Shown here: in pieces, positions 38,401 to 50,144 of the stretch
How the letters are laid out: every line of letters begins with the position of its first letter
Position numbering within the stretch: position 1 is the first letter of the stretch
Position numbers and translations under genes: made by a program
The notes under the pieces: generated by a model
Databases searched by the model: none
Told to the model about the DNA's origin: nothing
Seen by the model: the letters and a program-made list of their open reading frames with translations, nothing else
Assembly (NCBI RefSeq): GCF_037042905.1
Contig: NC_087263.1
Coordinates: forward strand, 10,046,001-10,110,000
Source of the DNA: Lytechinus pictus
Taxonomy: Eukaryota
Reading direction: 5' to 3'
Length of the DNA: 64,000 bases

Positions 38401-41400
38401 AAGTCGGTTAATACAATTTCACAAACCTGGGAATCATTATTATCATACTAACGACAGTGATGATTATGATGAGGAAATTAACAAGAATATTAATATTAAT
38501 TATCTGTATTATGAGTAACATAATGATAATTATTTTATTGCCATTAGTCTCCCATTTTTACTATTAGCATTATTTTTGTTATCATCTTCATCATTATCGT
38601 TTTCATTCTTAAATAATATACATTCTTATTCAAAATTAAGAATTTATTGAAAATAAATAACACCATCATCGGCAAAAGTAATATCAAATAAAAAGAGAAT
38701 TACGAATTCATTACTTTTATAGTCATGATTTTATTTTTCATTATTGCCATTCTTATTATCATTATTATCACTCTCGTTATCGATATTATCATTATCATCA
38801 TTATGATGATGTTTCCTATAGCTTTGTCATGAAAAACGTAAATGATCGAAATATAATGATTTTGACCAAAGCAAAACGCAAATGTCGAATAAAGTCAATT
38901 AAATCTAACAAGATACCATCCTTTTAATATTTAAACCGGAACAGGAATAGAGTAACAAAATATTCGAATCGTATTTCATGGCAAAATGTTTCTACCAGTT
39001 TTGAATGACGCATTACATCAATCGTTGTTACGTTCAATTCTAAATCAAGTCTATGTATACGATGTCCCATAAAAGTTAATGCGAGTAAAGACAACCATTA
39101 TAAAAAGACGATTACTCATCTTGCCATATGTAAATACTGTACGTTTGATATATTTTTATGTAGTTTATGCATTAATGGTTTATTCCATCCTTTATCATTC
39201 TCGTATTTTATTTTTCATTTGCCACTCTTTATATATTATTATCTGTTTTTGTCTATTCAATATTTATCATTTTGTCTGCTTTTCTTGAAGTATGCTATGT
39301 AAATTGATATGGACCTACATCTGTATCTACATTATTTGACTGAATTAATCAAATGACATATCCTTTGAAGGTTTTAAAGAGATTGGTGGCTACTCAAACC
39401 TGGAGAGTATGTACGGCGAAGCAGTACCGAATGAAACCAAGTACGGGAACAATTCGTGTGGCGAACCCCGAGATGATTACTTCCATTTGTTCCGCGACCC
39501 TATAGATTCAGACTTACCTTGGCCTGGCTTTATCTTCGGCCAGACCACCGCTTCACTGTGGTACTGGACAACGGACCAGGTATTCCCTGCTAGAAGAATA
39601 TATTGTGACACAGTGTGTTCATAATATGATCAATATTAAATTGTATGTCCACAGTGTAGAGAACAGTGTGTTCACAATGTGTCAACGTATTTTCAGCATC
39701 AAATAGTTTGTCCACAGTGTGAGGAACACAATGTATTTCAGTGTGTTCAGAGTATGTTCAACATTAAATAGTGTGTCCACAGTGTAAAGAAGACAGTGTG
39801 TCCACAATATGTTCAGAGTATGTTCAAAATTAAATAGTATGTCCACAGTGTAAAGAAAACAGTGCGTTCACAGTGTGTTCAACATTTAATAGTGTGTTCA
39901 CAGTGTAAAGAAGACAGTGTTTTCATAGTATGTTAAACATTTAATAGTGTGTCCACAAAATGTTCAAAATTAAATAGTATGTCCACAGTGTAAAGAAGAC
40001 AGTGCGTTCACAATGTGTTCAACATTTAATAGTGTGTTCACAGTGTAAAGAAGACAGTGTTTTCACAGTATGTTCAACATTAAATAATGTGTCCACAGTG
40101 TAAAGAGGACAGTGTGTTCAACATGAAATAGTATGTCCACAGTATAAGAAGACAGTGTTTTCACAGTGTGTTCAGCATGTGATCAATGTTAAATAGTATA
40201 TCCACAATGTAGAGAACACAGTTTTTCAGAGTGTGTTCAACATTAAATAGTGTGTTCTAAGTGAGAAAACAGTGTGCTCACAGTGTGTTCAGAGTATGTC
40301 CAACATGAAATAGTGTGTGCACAGTGCGAAGAACACCGAGAGAAATGATAAAGCACTTTATGGACTTTCGTAGTGCGGAATAAATATTTATTGCTCCCGT
40401 ATATCTTGAAAGATACTACAAATCAGTCAAACAGAATCGAGAAGGAATTCTTTGAATGCTTATGTGCGGGATCTCTGGAATAGTAGCATGCAGCGCTTAG
40501 AAACATGTAGCGTTTAGAAACATCAAGAACAATATAACTGTTGCACTTTAATTTTTTTGGTGTACCCCAGGGAGAATATTAAACGAAATAGTCACTTAGA
40601 AAAAAAACATGAGCAAAATCCAGGAAAAAAACCCGGAGTTTTAATATTTTTTCAGTCCTGTACACCACTTTAGTTCTTATAACGAGTATCCAATTTTTTT
40701 TCACGCAGGTGATAGTACAACGAACCCTGGCTGCCAAAAATCTTTCACATGGCAAAGGAGCCACTCTATTTGCTGGGCTTTGTAAAATCACTCCTTTGTA
40801 TTTCATCGTTATGCCAGGGATGATCTCGAGAATACTTTATCCAGGTAAATTGTTCACTCATTTATACATTAAATGGTGCTCGCTGATAATAATTTTATGT
40901 GGTAAAAGGCACAGACCGCGTTTATGTACGATTTTCATTCACTCTGAAAACACTGAGTAAAATTTAACCCAATATTGGGTAGAAAGGGAACATACATATT
41001 TGCTGGGTATTTTTTGCCCCATATTGGGCAAAATGCATGTAAATTTCAACGCAACATTGCGTAAAATTTACAAACTACTTGGTAACCCAACTAACATTCA
41101 TGTTTCCATTTTACCCTATATTGGGTAAACCATTTTTAAATTTACAGAGATCATATCGAATCAGACATAAAAGAATGCGTAAAAACTCACGCATATACAC
41201 ACTCGCACACACATACTTTTTTCAACACTTCAATCTTCATATTTCAGTAGCTTAATAAGCTGTTTAAAAGTCATATACAATTTTTAAGTGATGAAAAAAA
41301 TTGTCATTTAATAAATAAAATACCCTTACACATACACATACGCGCCCCCCCCCCACACATCCTCTCAGACAGACATACAGTGTATAGAAACAATATAGTA

Positions 41401-44400
41401 CTTTCAACAAATACACACAACGACTAACCCATACTAGCACCATAACGCAACCTGAAAAATCAACACCTAATAACTCTCTAAAACAAATGTACACAAACAC
41501 ACACCCTCACCCACACCCTGGCACACACCCCGACACACACTGAACTACACCAACATATCGTCTTTCCCTCAAACAAACTCATTTTTATCCATGGATTCTG
41601 AAGGAAAAAACATGCACAAATGCACGCTAACCCACACCCACACATCACCCCACGCCCACTCCTACATCAATATCTTATACTTACACAGAAGCTAACTCAC
41701 ACTTACTCGATCACTTTCATCCCATGGCCCCCACACACATATCTTCACTTGAAAGCAACCTCTCAAACTAACACAATTTATACCAACCCTCAACCACACC
41801 CTCATACGCACTGAACGTCTCGCGTTTTAAAATGAATATAACATCTAATAAAGGACATTTAATCTTTGTCTATTCTCGTATATCTTCACTTTCAATGTAC
41901 AATTCAAAATCTTTAAATTGTTATCTAAACGTTGTAATTTGTGTTCATTATTCTTGATATCGCAATCATATTCATTGCTAAATGGTGTCAATCTATTGTT
42001 ATGCAATGCAGATATAACACCAAATGAAAATCATATCTGAATTAAATATTGCTATTGTTTGCATATTTCGTATTCACAGATATTGTCGCCTGTGTGGATA
42101 ATTGTGAGGAGATTTGTGGAAATAAAGAAAGTTGCTCTAACCTCGCATATCCTCTGATGGTGATGAACATACTGCCTGATGGTATGTATTTTACGTAGGG
42201 GCGGCACTTAAGCGGAAAAGGGGCGATCGCCCTATATACATTTTCAAGTATTAGCCCCCCAAAAGAGAGTAAAATAAAATGAAGAGAAGAGGAAGGAAAA
42301 TTAAGCGTGGTACGCTAATTGCCCTCCAAGGTGAATAGTATCCAAGTTCTGTTAGATCATTACATTAAAATTACGTATTAACATATGGTTGACCCCCTTT
42401 TACAATTATATTTTAAATGTTCTAGTTTGATATTATTCGGCCTGCAGTTGCCAAAATAGATGTCTTTTAAGAAAAAAAAACCTAAAATTTCACAGAACGT
42501 TTGTATGAGTGTCTTATTATGGAATATAACCGAATTGAACAAATGTGTAAAATGTATTTCTAGAGACAAGAAAGCTCATTGTGTATTACAAAAGATCTAA
42601 CCAATATATATTTCAAAGGCTATGTTTTGGGGTGGAATTGATATTTCAGTTTGAACTTTTTCCATGACAACCATACATATTTTCTAGATACAAATCAATA
42701 TCCAAAAAATAATCTAGCTCTCCTAACAGCGGGTGTTTGTTGTGCCGTATGTTCTTAACCTTCGCATCTGTTAGTACAATACAGGTATTAATGTACAACT
42801 AATTTTCGAAGCATCATTATTATTAATCCAAGTGACCCGTAATCTTAACTTTGATAAAAACTCTAGCCTAAAGTAGTAGTTTAACTATGGCCAGCCAATT
42901 GTGGCACAAACTTATAACAGTACAAGTTCCAGTTTACCAGCTCATATCGACTCTCAAATCATTCATCACTGTCAGTGAATACTAAGTAAAATATTTTGTC
43001 TCCACCTCTGAGGTTTTTGTAAAGATCAGGGCGATATATGAAACATACAATGTAAATACAATTTGAACACAGAGGACCAATGGGCCATTATTCTGAAGTC
43101 TGTTTCACTTAAACAATCTTCTAACTCTGTATGTACTAACATTATGGAAAGCCAAAGGTGTCAACATGCTGTTTACATACTATGTTTTTTCTTATATTTA
43201 ATGTGCTCTTTCGTGATTGTTTAATGATCATGAAGACATCTATCTCTTTATAGTTCCTAGACAGCTCAGAATGATTTGAGCGTCAAATGAGCTGATATCG
43301 AACCTCTACTCTAAATATATCTATGTCACGATGGGCTATCCATAGTTAAACTTTATACCAAAATGACCTCAGTATATGGGCCAATGTCTCTGCACTTGTG
43401 GTTATAATCTTTGGGTATATTATGTGATTTTTTTAAGTTTCATCCCAAATAAATCATTGGCTTTTGAACTTCCCCTATTCCCCTCAAGGTGTCCGTGGTT
43501 TAATGTTAGCTGTAATGTTGAGCGCCCTCATGAGTTCGTTGACGTCTATCTTTAACAGTGGGTCATCCATCTTTACCATGGATATATGGCGGCATCTCAG
43601 GAAGTTCCCGGATGAGAATGAAATGATAAAGTTGGACAAAAAGAGGAGACACAAATACGAGTTGGAACTCATGATCGTTGGAAGGTTTGTTCAAGCCAGA
43701 ATAAGATTTTTTTTAATGTGAAAGAAAAATCAGCCAGATTGATTTTCCAATAAATGGCCGTTGCAATTTCATGACCCATTATATTTCCGTATCTTAAAAA
43801 CTGGATTTTGTGACCGTTTCTTGTCACATGAATAATGGTAGGATTATGAAAATTGCAAGGTTTTTTTTTTTTTGAGAATGTGACAACCGTATTTTTAACT
43901 GTTAAAGATGCATGATTGCAGGTAAATCAACAACTAAGTAAAAATAAGAGAAAGAAAAGATAATATTCAGATAATTCACTGTGTATGATGAAGTAAGATC
44001 TTAATGTCATACAATATTATGTAAATTTATAAAGATTGCAGATGTTAGCTCTAATATTCAAATAATTTCTACCCCTGTTTCTCTTTTTTTTTGCAGAGTG
44101 TTTGTCTTGATACTGGTAGCTGTAAGTGTTCTTTGGGTGCCTGTTGTTCAAAATAGCCAGAATGGAAGATTATTTGATTACATTCAACAGGTATCTGCGT
44201 ATCTAGCTCCCTCTATTGCCGCCGTGTATACAGGTATGGAAATAAAATTACACACTAGTTAACTGTCTAAACTGAAATTATTGACTATAATAATAACAAA
44301 TTGTAATTTTGGTATATCAAGATATTTATTTTGGTTTCAGATTTCAGACTATTAGTGAAAGACTATATGTGTGTCTGATTTTTTTTTTTTTACAAAGGAC

Positions 44401-45377
44401 GTTTTGTCTTAAGTTGAAAACCGGATTGTCTTTTCCTCTTTCTTAAAGAACCTCTCGTTTTCATGTGAACATTGCATTTATTTTTTTTCTATAGATTAAT
44501 GATCACTAGTAGAAATGATATATTGTACCCCTCCTGGTCACGTAGGGGGTAACACCAACTACCGACTTGCAAATATGAACTTCAAGTTGTCAATATAAAA
44601 AATCAAAAGCATTAAATATCATTATTGAGAACGAACTTTAAGAATATAACTACTGTTTAATCAAGAAGTTGCTTACACAGTGTTTAACTTGTTTGTTTTA
44701 ACAAATCTTCAATGTAAATTGGCACTTTATTTTCTTCTTTCAAAATCTCATTTTTGCCTAGTTGGTATACTATGGGAACGGGTAAATGAGACTGGCGCAT
44801 TCTGGGGACTCATGAGCGCTCTGGTTATCGGACTAATACGGATGGTACTCGATTTCGTCTACCCGGAACCGGGATGCGGTGAACCGGATGAGAGACCGGA
44901 AGCGGCTGCAGCGATCCTCTTTCATTACATGTATTTTGCACTCTTCCTCTTTTGGTGGACTGCATTAACGGTCGTGATTATTAGCTTATTATCAGAACCT
45001 ATTCCAAAAGATTGCGTAAGTAATTACTATTGCTGCGTAAAAATGGAATCATATACTAGTATCATGACGTTGAATGGTAATCTTAATCTAACCTGGTGAG
45101 AAAGTTCGAATTGATCAAGACAAGGAGTAAGGAATTCCTGCATTACTCAACATAGTGAAATGTTGAAGTTCCTTATTATGTAGCATTACCACATGAGAAT
45201 AAAGTGGATAAAGGCCCAAACACCGATGCATAGGCAGTCAAATACGACTATCTATTGTTGTGTTCAGAGACGAGTTTAATATGAGAATGCACTACGTATA
45301 GGAGAGGGGCGGGGCGACCGCCCTTTGATTTTCCAAGTGATACAAAATACACAGAATTCAAGAAACAGACAGAGAGA

Positions 45378-45422
<45 letters not shown>

Positions 45423-48416
45423 AGAGAGAACGTAGAAAGGAGAGTTTTTTTTAATTAAGAGAGGGCTTGCAAAATACCCCCAATTTTCACATTGAGGAAA
45501 GGAGATAACGACAGCGTTAGACTATTTCCCCCCCCTATCAGCAACCCTGCATGGCTATTGAAATATATACAAAAGGCATCACCTTTAGATAGATGTATAT
45601 AATGAAGTGATGTTTTCTTTGACTTCCAGCTGTATCGCCTGACATTCTGGACAAGATTCAGTCGCGAAGAGAGGAAGGACATCGCTGATTTGAAGAAAAA
45701 CAAGACGCTGGAAGGAAAAACTAACCCGAATCTAGATACATACACCATGAGCGAAGAGAAACAAACCAAAGAAGACATGGAAGAGGTAAATATACGTCCC
45801 AGTAAAACTTTTAAAATCTTAAAGGCGGTAAATTCAGTTTAAATGAAACCTATCATGCTTGAAAAGAGCAGTGATTAAAGTGTGTACCACAGTGTGTTCA
45901 CAGTGTGATCGCAGTGTGCTCCAAGTGTGTACCTTTCTGTGTTCACAGTGTGGAACACGATGTGAAATCATCTTCATAATGTTAATATGCTATTAAATTT
46001 AACACTGTTGAAAGCCATTTTCACAAAGCCTACTTTGTGCACACCCTGTGTACTTCCACAATGTCAGGAAATAATATCTTCAGTTATTTTCTTCACCATT
46101 AAAGCATGAAAAAAGAGGAAAGTCAACATTAGTAACGAACAACATAAAACAAACCAGTGATATTTTCGGCTTCCCATAACTTTAGCACATAGTTAGACTA
46201 TGGTCTATTTTAAATTGGACAAAATACGAGTATATACAGAGCGGACTGTGTTAAAATGTAATTCACACTGTTAAATGCTGAAGTTTAAAATTTTGAAGAT
46301 ATTTTCACGCTGTGACACCTCTTCGGTGTGTTTTCATAGTGTGTTCACATAGTGGAATCTTTAAATATGCAATTCATTATGTTCAATGCTCAAGTTTAAA
46401 AGTTTGAAGATATTCTCACAGTGTGAACACCTCTTCGTTGTGTGTTCATAGTGTGTTCACATAGTGGAATATGTAAAGATGCGATTCACACTGTTAAATG
46501 CTCAAGTTTAAAAGTTTCAAGATATTTTCATACTGTGGACACCTCTTCGGTGTGTGTTCATAGTGTGTTCACATATTAGAATATGTAAGAATGCAACTCA
46601 CACTGTTAAATGCTCAAGCTTAAAAGTTTCAAGATATTTTCACACTGTGGACACCACTTAGGTGTGTGTTCACATAGTGGAATGTGTAAGAATGCGATTC
46701 ACACTGTTAAAAAGTTCCTATCCAACAGAGTGAAGATATTTCACACTGTAGAAACTCTTCAGTGTGTTGATAGTGTGTTCACACAGTGGAATCTGTAAAT
46801 ATGCGATCCACACTGTTAAAATGTTCTAAGTCACGGTATGAAGATGACATCAGGGCCCCGTCTTACAAAGAGTTACGATTGATCCAATCAGTTGTAACTC
46901 TATGGAAATCCATCAGTGTCATAATTTCTTATACGGAAATTTGCAAAAAGTCCTTTGTAAACAAAGGAGAACACACAAAATTGTCAAGAAATCAATGAAT
47001 AATGGATATACATTCATATCTAAAAATTTTTTTGAACAAACATGCATTTCATATGTTGACTTTGCTGGCTTTCCATAGTTGCGATTGATCGGATCAATCC
47101 GGGATCAATCGCAACTCTTTGCAAGACGGTCCCCAGGTTGTGTTTCACAATGTGGACACACTGTGTTCTTTCCGGGGACTATTACTCAGAAAGTGTGTGA
47201 TAAGAATACTAATACCCCTTTTTTATTTATCAAAATAGCTGTCCCATGGCAACTTTGAAGAAACTACATTGTCTGTGGAAGAGAAATCCCCGACAGATCA
47301 CCACATTACGAGAGAAGGTAACGTAATCTTTGTTGTATAAATGAATAATTATTTTACATTACTTTTTTTCAAGAAAAATATCAAATACAAAAGTAAAATT
47401 ATTAATGTATACAAAAGATGTGACAAGTTTTGTTTAGTCTAACGATGATCATTTTCTACGTTTGAATTGATGTTTAGATGTGACAGAAAGGGCCTTTAAA
47501 ATTACGATCAAAAATAAAATATACATTTGTTAACATAATTTATGATCAAAATTGCCAACTTGAAACATTCAAGACCCGAACAAAATATAACAGATATCCT
47601 TTTCTGTTTTAAACGTTTTATCCAGCTCTGAAAGTGGAGAAAATGTCAAGGTACATTTTGTTCTTGAAAAAGGGTCTATACACCTTTTTCCACGAGTGAT
47701 GTGCATGCATATCAGAGAGCTGATATGTCATGTATGTTATATCCTGATATCTATTTAAGAGACAAACACATTATGCAGAAAAATCACAAAATACATCGAA
47801 AAAACTTACATTATTTTCGAATCATCCACAAGCAGAAAAGTTTCAGACACACACGTGTAATGTTTAAGTAAGGAGGTTGAACGGCGGCTTCCATGACATT
47901 TGCTCCGGCGACAATTGCTCCGTTCTAAATTCCACACACTAATCGAATGACCAACTTCAAACCTGGGTTTAAGACTATACCCTACTCTAAACTTAACATA
48001 AAACCCTATTGTAACCCCGACCCTACATCTTAGACAAAATTAAGCCAGGAACAATGCCGAAAGCTTTGACATTTACGACGGAAATGTAATAATGAAACAA
48101 AATATCCACTTGTATACAATGAGAATAAAATATACAATTAATAACATTTGCATTCCAAATAATCAAAGACAAATTTTGACATTTCTGTTCCCAAGGTGAC
48201 GAAGCTACAGTAAAGGAGTCACAATGGAAGCGCTTCTACCAATGGTTCTGTGGATTCTCCTCGAACGATGAACCAATTTCTGATGAGGATATTAAAATGA
48301 GAGAACAAGAACAGATGGAAAAGGTTATACAAACTACGCGTGACGTCATCATTCTTGATATCGTAGCAGTAATCGTGATCGGTATCGATATATTTCTTTT
48401 CGCTTGGTATGCTTGA
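32407..48416 (+). CDS. SLC5A3-like: SLC5 sodium/solute symporter, sodium/myo-inositol cotransporter (SMIT)-like; 14 coding exons, 2109 nt spliced CDS, ~702 aa
   Basis: Manual splicing gives an uninterrupted frame with all GT-AG introns and matching phases. SSF motifs: [87 protein letters not shown] and GFIFGQT recall SMIT1. Exact orthology not tested. Confidence 0.93.
32862..33212. mobile_element. Tc1/mariner-like MITE in SLC5 intron 1
   Basis: TA|CAGCGCGTCCCA...TGGGACGCACTG|TA with ~70-bp TIRs. Confidence 0.85.
33955..34290 (+). repeat. ~60-bp degenerate tandem repeat overlapping the SLC5 exon 2 acceptor
   Basis: tttaaagctga...ttttcaagt.aatgataacg units repeated ~5 times. Confidence 0.8.
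34283..34354 (+). CDS. SLC5A3-like: SLC5 coding exon 2 ([24 protein letters not shown])
   Basis: ttttcaAG acceptor, GTAAGT donor, 72 nt, GYFLAG motif. Confidence 0.88.
35956..36060 (+). CDS. SLC5A3-like: SLC5 coding exon 3 ([35 protein letters not shown])
   Basis: tttAG acceptor, GTAAGA donor, 105 nt, highly conserved SLC5 motif. Confidence 0.95.
36521..36685 (+). CDS. SLC5A3-like: SLC5 coding exon 4 ([16 protein letters not shown]...RFGGKRIR...IFTKIS)
   Basis: cacAG acceptor, GTAAGT donor, 165 nt. Confidence 0.95.
36908..37131. mobile_element. Foldback MITE with TA flanks, nested in an AACACC/GGTGTT-rich element (~36735-37432) in SLC5 intron 4
   Basis: TA|CACTGCAAAC...TTTTGCAGTG|TA; homologous to 16807-17122. 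Confidence 0.8.
37583..37752. mobile_element. Palindromic MITE (copy 1)
   Basis: ~50-bp perfect inverted arms gtttcataaagctgttcgtaagttaagagcgactttaagaacgactggtga; near-identical copy at 55241-55420. Confidence 0.85.
38130..38316 (+). CDS. SLC5A3-like: SLC5 coding exon 5 ([10 protein letters not shown]...[13 protein letters not shown]...CIE)
   Basis: ccAG acceptor, GTAAGA donor, 187 nt, ends phase 1. Confidence 0.95.
39371..39579 (+). CDS. SLC5A3-like: SLC5 coding exon 6 (FKEIGGY...FHLFRDP...WYWTTDQ)
   Basis: gaAG acceptor, GTATTC donor, 209 nt, phases match neighbours. Confidence 0.93.
39605..40335. repeat. Degenerate CACAGTGTGTT-rich satellite in SLC5 intron 6
   Basis: Recurrent aaatagtgtgtccacagtgtaaagaagacagtgt units. 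Confidence 0.85.
40709..40844 (+). CDS. SLC5A3-like: SLC5 coding exon 7 ([14 protein letters not shown]...[11 protein letters not shown])
   Basis: gcAG acceptor after poly-T, GTAAAT donor, 136 nt. Confidence 0.95.
42080..42181 (+). CDS. SLC5A3-like: SLC5 coding exon 8 ([33 protein letters not shown])
   Basis: cacAG acceptor, GTATGT donor, 102 nt; Cys-rich loop C..C...CG....CSN.AYP of SGLT/SMIT. Confidence 0.93.
43489..43684 (+). CDS. SLC5A3-like: SLC5 coding exon 9 ([23 protein letters not shown]...ELMIVG)
   Basis: caAG acceptor, GTTTGT donor, 196 nt, ends phase 2. Confidence 0.93.
44097..44233 (+). CDS. SLC5A3-like: SLC5 coding exon 10 ([18 protein letters not shown]...[21 protein letters not shown])
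   Basis: poly-T gcAG acceptor, GTATGG donor, 137 nt. Confidence 0.92.
44762..45015 (+). CDS. SLC5A3-like: SLC5 coding exon 11 ([16 protein letters not shown]...HYMYFA...PIPKDC)
   Basis: ctAG acceptor, GTAAGT donor, 254 nt; RVNExGAFWGL motif. Confidence 0.93.
45382..45428. repeat. (GA)n microsatellite
   Basis: Direct reading. Confidence 0.95.
45630..45785 (+). CDS. SLC5A3-like: SLC5 coding exon 12 ([17 protein letters not shown]...DMEE)
   Basis: ccAG acceptor, GTAAAT donor, 156 nt; LxRLTxW..R.S..ER.D as in SGLT/SMIT. Confidence 0.88.
46245..46830. repeat. ~112-bp tandem repeat in SLC5 intron 12
   Basis: cacactgttaaatgctcaag...gaagatattttcacactgtg units at ~46264, 46376, 46487, 46599 and decaying further. 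Confidence 0.85.
46853..47134. mobile_element. GGGCCCCGTCTTACAAAGA-TIR MITE (Harbinger-like)
   Basis: Inverted termini with CAG/CTG flanks; oppositely oriented copy at 57476-57748. Confidence 0.8.
47239..47317 (+). CDS. SLC5A3-like: SLC5 coding exon 13 ([26 protein letters not shown]), variable loop
   Basis: atAG acceptor, GTAACG donor, 79 nt; needed to convert phase 0 to phase 1 for the last exon; no conserved motif. Confidence 0.75.
48196..48416 (+). CDS. SLC5A3-like: SLC5 last coding exon (...[12 protein letters not shown]...[10 protein letters not shown])
   Basis: ccaAG acceptor; WFCG motif and C-terminal TM helix ending WYA; TGA at 48414-48416. Confidence 0.9.
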
Positions 48417-49122
48417 CATTCATGAACACATATGCCCGTATAATGAAGTTCAGTTTAAATTAGGCCTTTGTTAACCCTCTGATATAATAATGGAAAGTCA
48501 AAACTGTCTTGTTTTTCATTTGTATGTTTCTAACGTTAGTGTTCTGTTTTCTCTTTCTTTAAAATCCATATTTAAAGGTGGAGAAAACTATTTTAGATGT
48601 TGACGCGAGACATCTAAGAATGTTTTTATTGTCGAATTAGTTGATAAGTTGAACCAGCTATGCTAGAAATCTGTGTAAAAAACCGGCTTGCCATAGTTAA
48701 ACCACAACTTTAGACCAGAGTGTAAGCAATGCCAGAGTTCAGGATACGATCCGTAGAGTTTACACGTGTGGCCCTTCTACTTTTTTGAAACAGTATATAA
48801 CCTTATACCTCTTATTTTATCTTTATATTGATTTCATTCCCTTACGTATTGTAAAACCACCATTTCTTGTCACAATGGACAAATATGAATATAAGCTGTT
48901 TAGAAGGTGTGTAAATAAGTAATGCAAATCATTCCCATATCATTGCCAACGTTGCTAAGACAAACGGTACAATAGTTGTGCATTTTTTTAACAAAAAGGT
49001 TAATCAATTATGGCATGTATCAAGTATTATTTAAAAACTTTTGTTTGAAATGTTTCCAAATGTATGAATGAATATCGTTATCTGTTGTTTTTCAAAAGGT
49101 GCACGAGCACATACAATGCTCA

Positions 49123-49239
49123 AATAAAATTTGTCATTTTTTTGCGTCCACAACGATTTTTAGTGCGAGTCTTTTTATGAAACCGTGTGACACATGTATA
49201 TTTTTATAATTTTTTATATGAACATGACGATTGAATAAA
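49123..49239 (+). terminator. Candidate polyadenylation signals of the SLC5 gene (AATAAA at ~49123 and 49234)
   Basis: AATAAA hexamers 0.7-0.8 kb after the stop, followed by T/GT-rich sequence; usage not demonstrable. Confidence 0.4.
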
Positions 49240-49407
49240 TTGATACTTGATTGCCTTAATAATTTTGCGTTTGGTGTCATGTGATATTGACTATTTTTGT
49301 GAAGCTATTCCACGTCTCTCTCCTATTGGAAAATGACATGCCAGAAAAGATGATTGGATGACAAGATTTTGGATCCATAATCGTGTCATCTGATCATCTC
49401 TCCCACA

Positions 49408-49656
49408 CAGTGGCGTACCTAGGATTTTCCACGGGGGGGGGGGGCAAAACCGTCCGCCAAAAAATTTGACAAGCAAAAAAAAAAAAAAAGGTCTTCAATC
49501 ACAGGGGGGGGGGGGCAATAAAGGTCTTAAAGCTCGTCGGGGGGGGGGGGCAAAAAAGGTCTTTCAAGCTCGTCAGGGGGGGCAGGGATACGTCCTTTGC
49601 ATGGGTTGTGGCTCGTCAGGGGGCAGACTGCCCCCCCCCCCGTAGGTACGCTAGTG
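49408..49656. mobile_element. hAT-like MITE with 8-bp TSD CTCCCACA
   Basis: CAGTGGCGTACCTA ... TAGGTACGCTAGTG; TSD at 49400-49407 and 49657-49664; relative at 2321-2644. Confidence 0.88.
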
Positions 49657-50144
49657 CTCCCACAGGATGTAGACATGACAAGAATCCAATATATTGTCAT
49701 CCCATCATCTTTTCCAAGGATTGTAGACATGGCGAGATGATTATCTGAACATCTGGGTGGCACTATAAGCTCCAATATTGAGGACTGCGATTTCTCATCT
49801 TTCCTTCATTTAACTATTCCTGGACCCCCTTTCATTTCTACAAGAGATACAACTAAATGTGTTGTAGAATATCCGTGACATTTTATCAGTTTATTACTCA
49901 ATGTAATATCTGACGGGAAATACGAAGGATGTTGTCTGAAATAAACACGTCCCACGAAGAAAGGAAACCGGGATTCTCGGTTATATTTTTCATAATTATT
50001 TTTCAACACAGCCAATGATTTACGGCCTTTCGTTTACATTATCGTAATGTTCCGTTTTTCTTCATTATCTTCATACGAAAATCGTTTATCCGAATAGTTC
50101 ACGCATAGATGATCAAGAAGAGTTGAAAAAATTAGCATTAGCAT

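Noticed and set aside
39605..40335. Many CACAGTG heptamers as RSS-like signals
   Set aside because: Part of an intronic satellite; no nonamer at 12/23 spacing noticed.
45455..45778. Antisense ORFs over SLC5 exons (also 43484-43672 and 48219-48419)
   Set aside because: Shadow frames of the real + strand exons.
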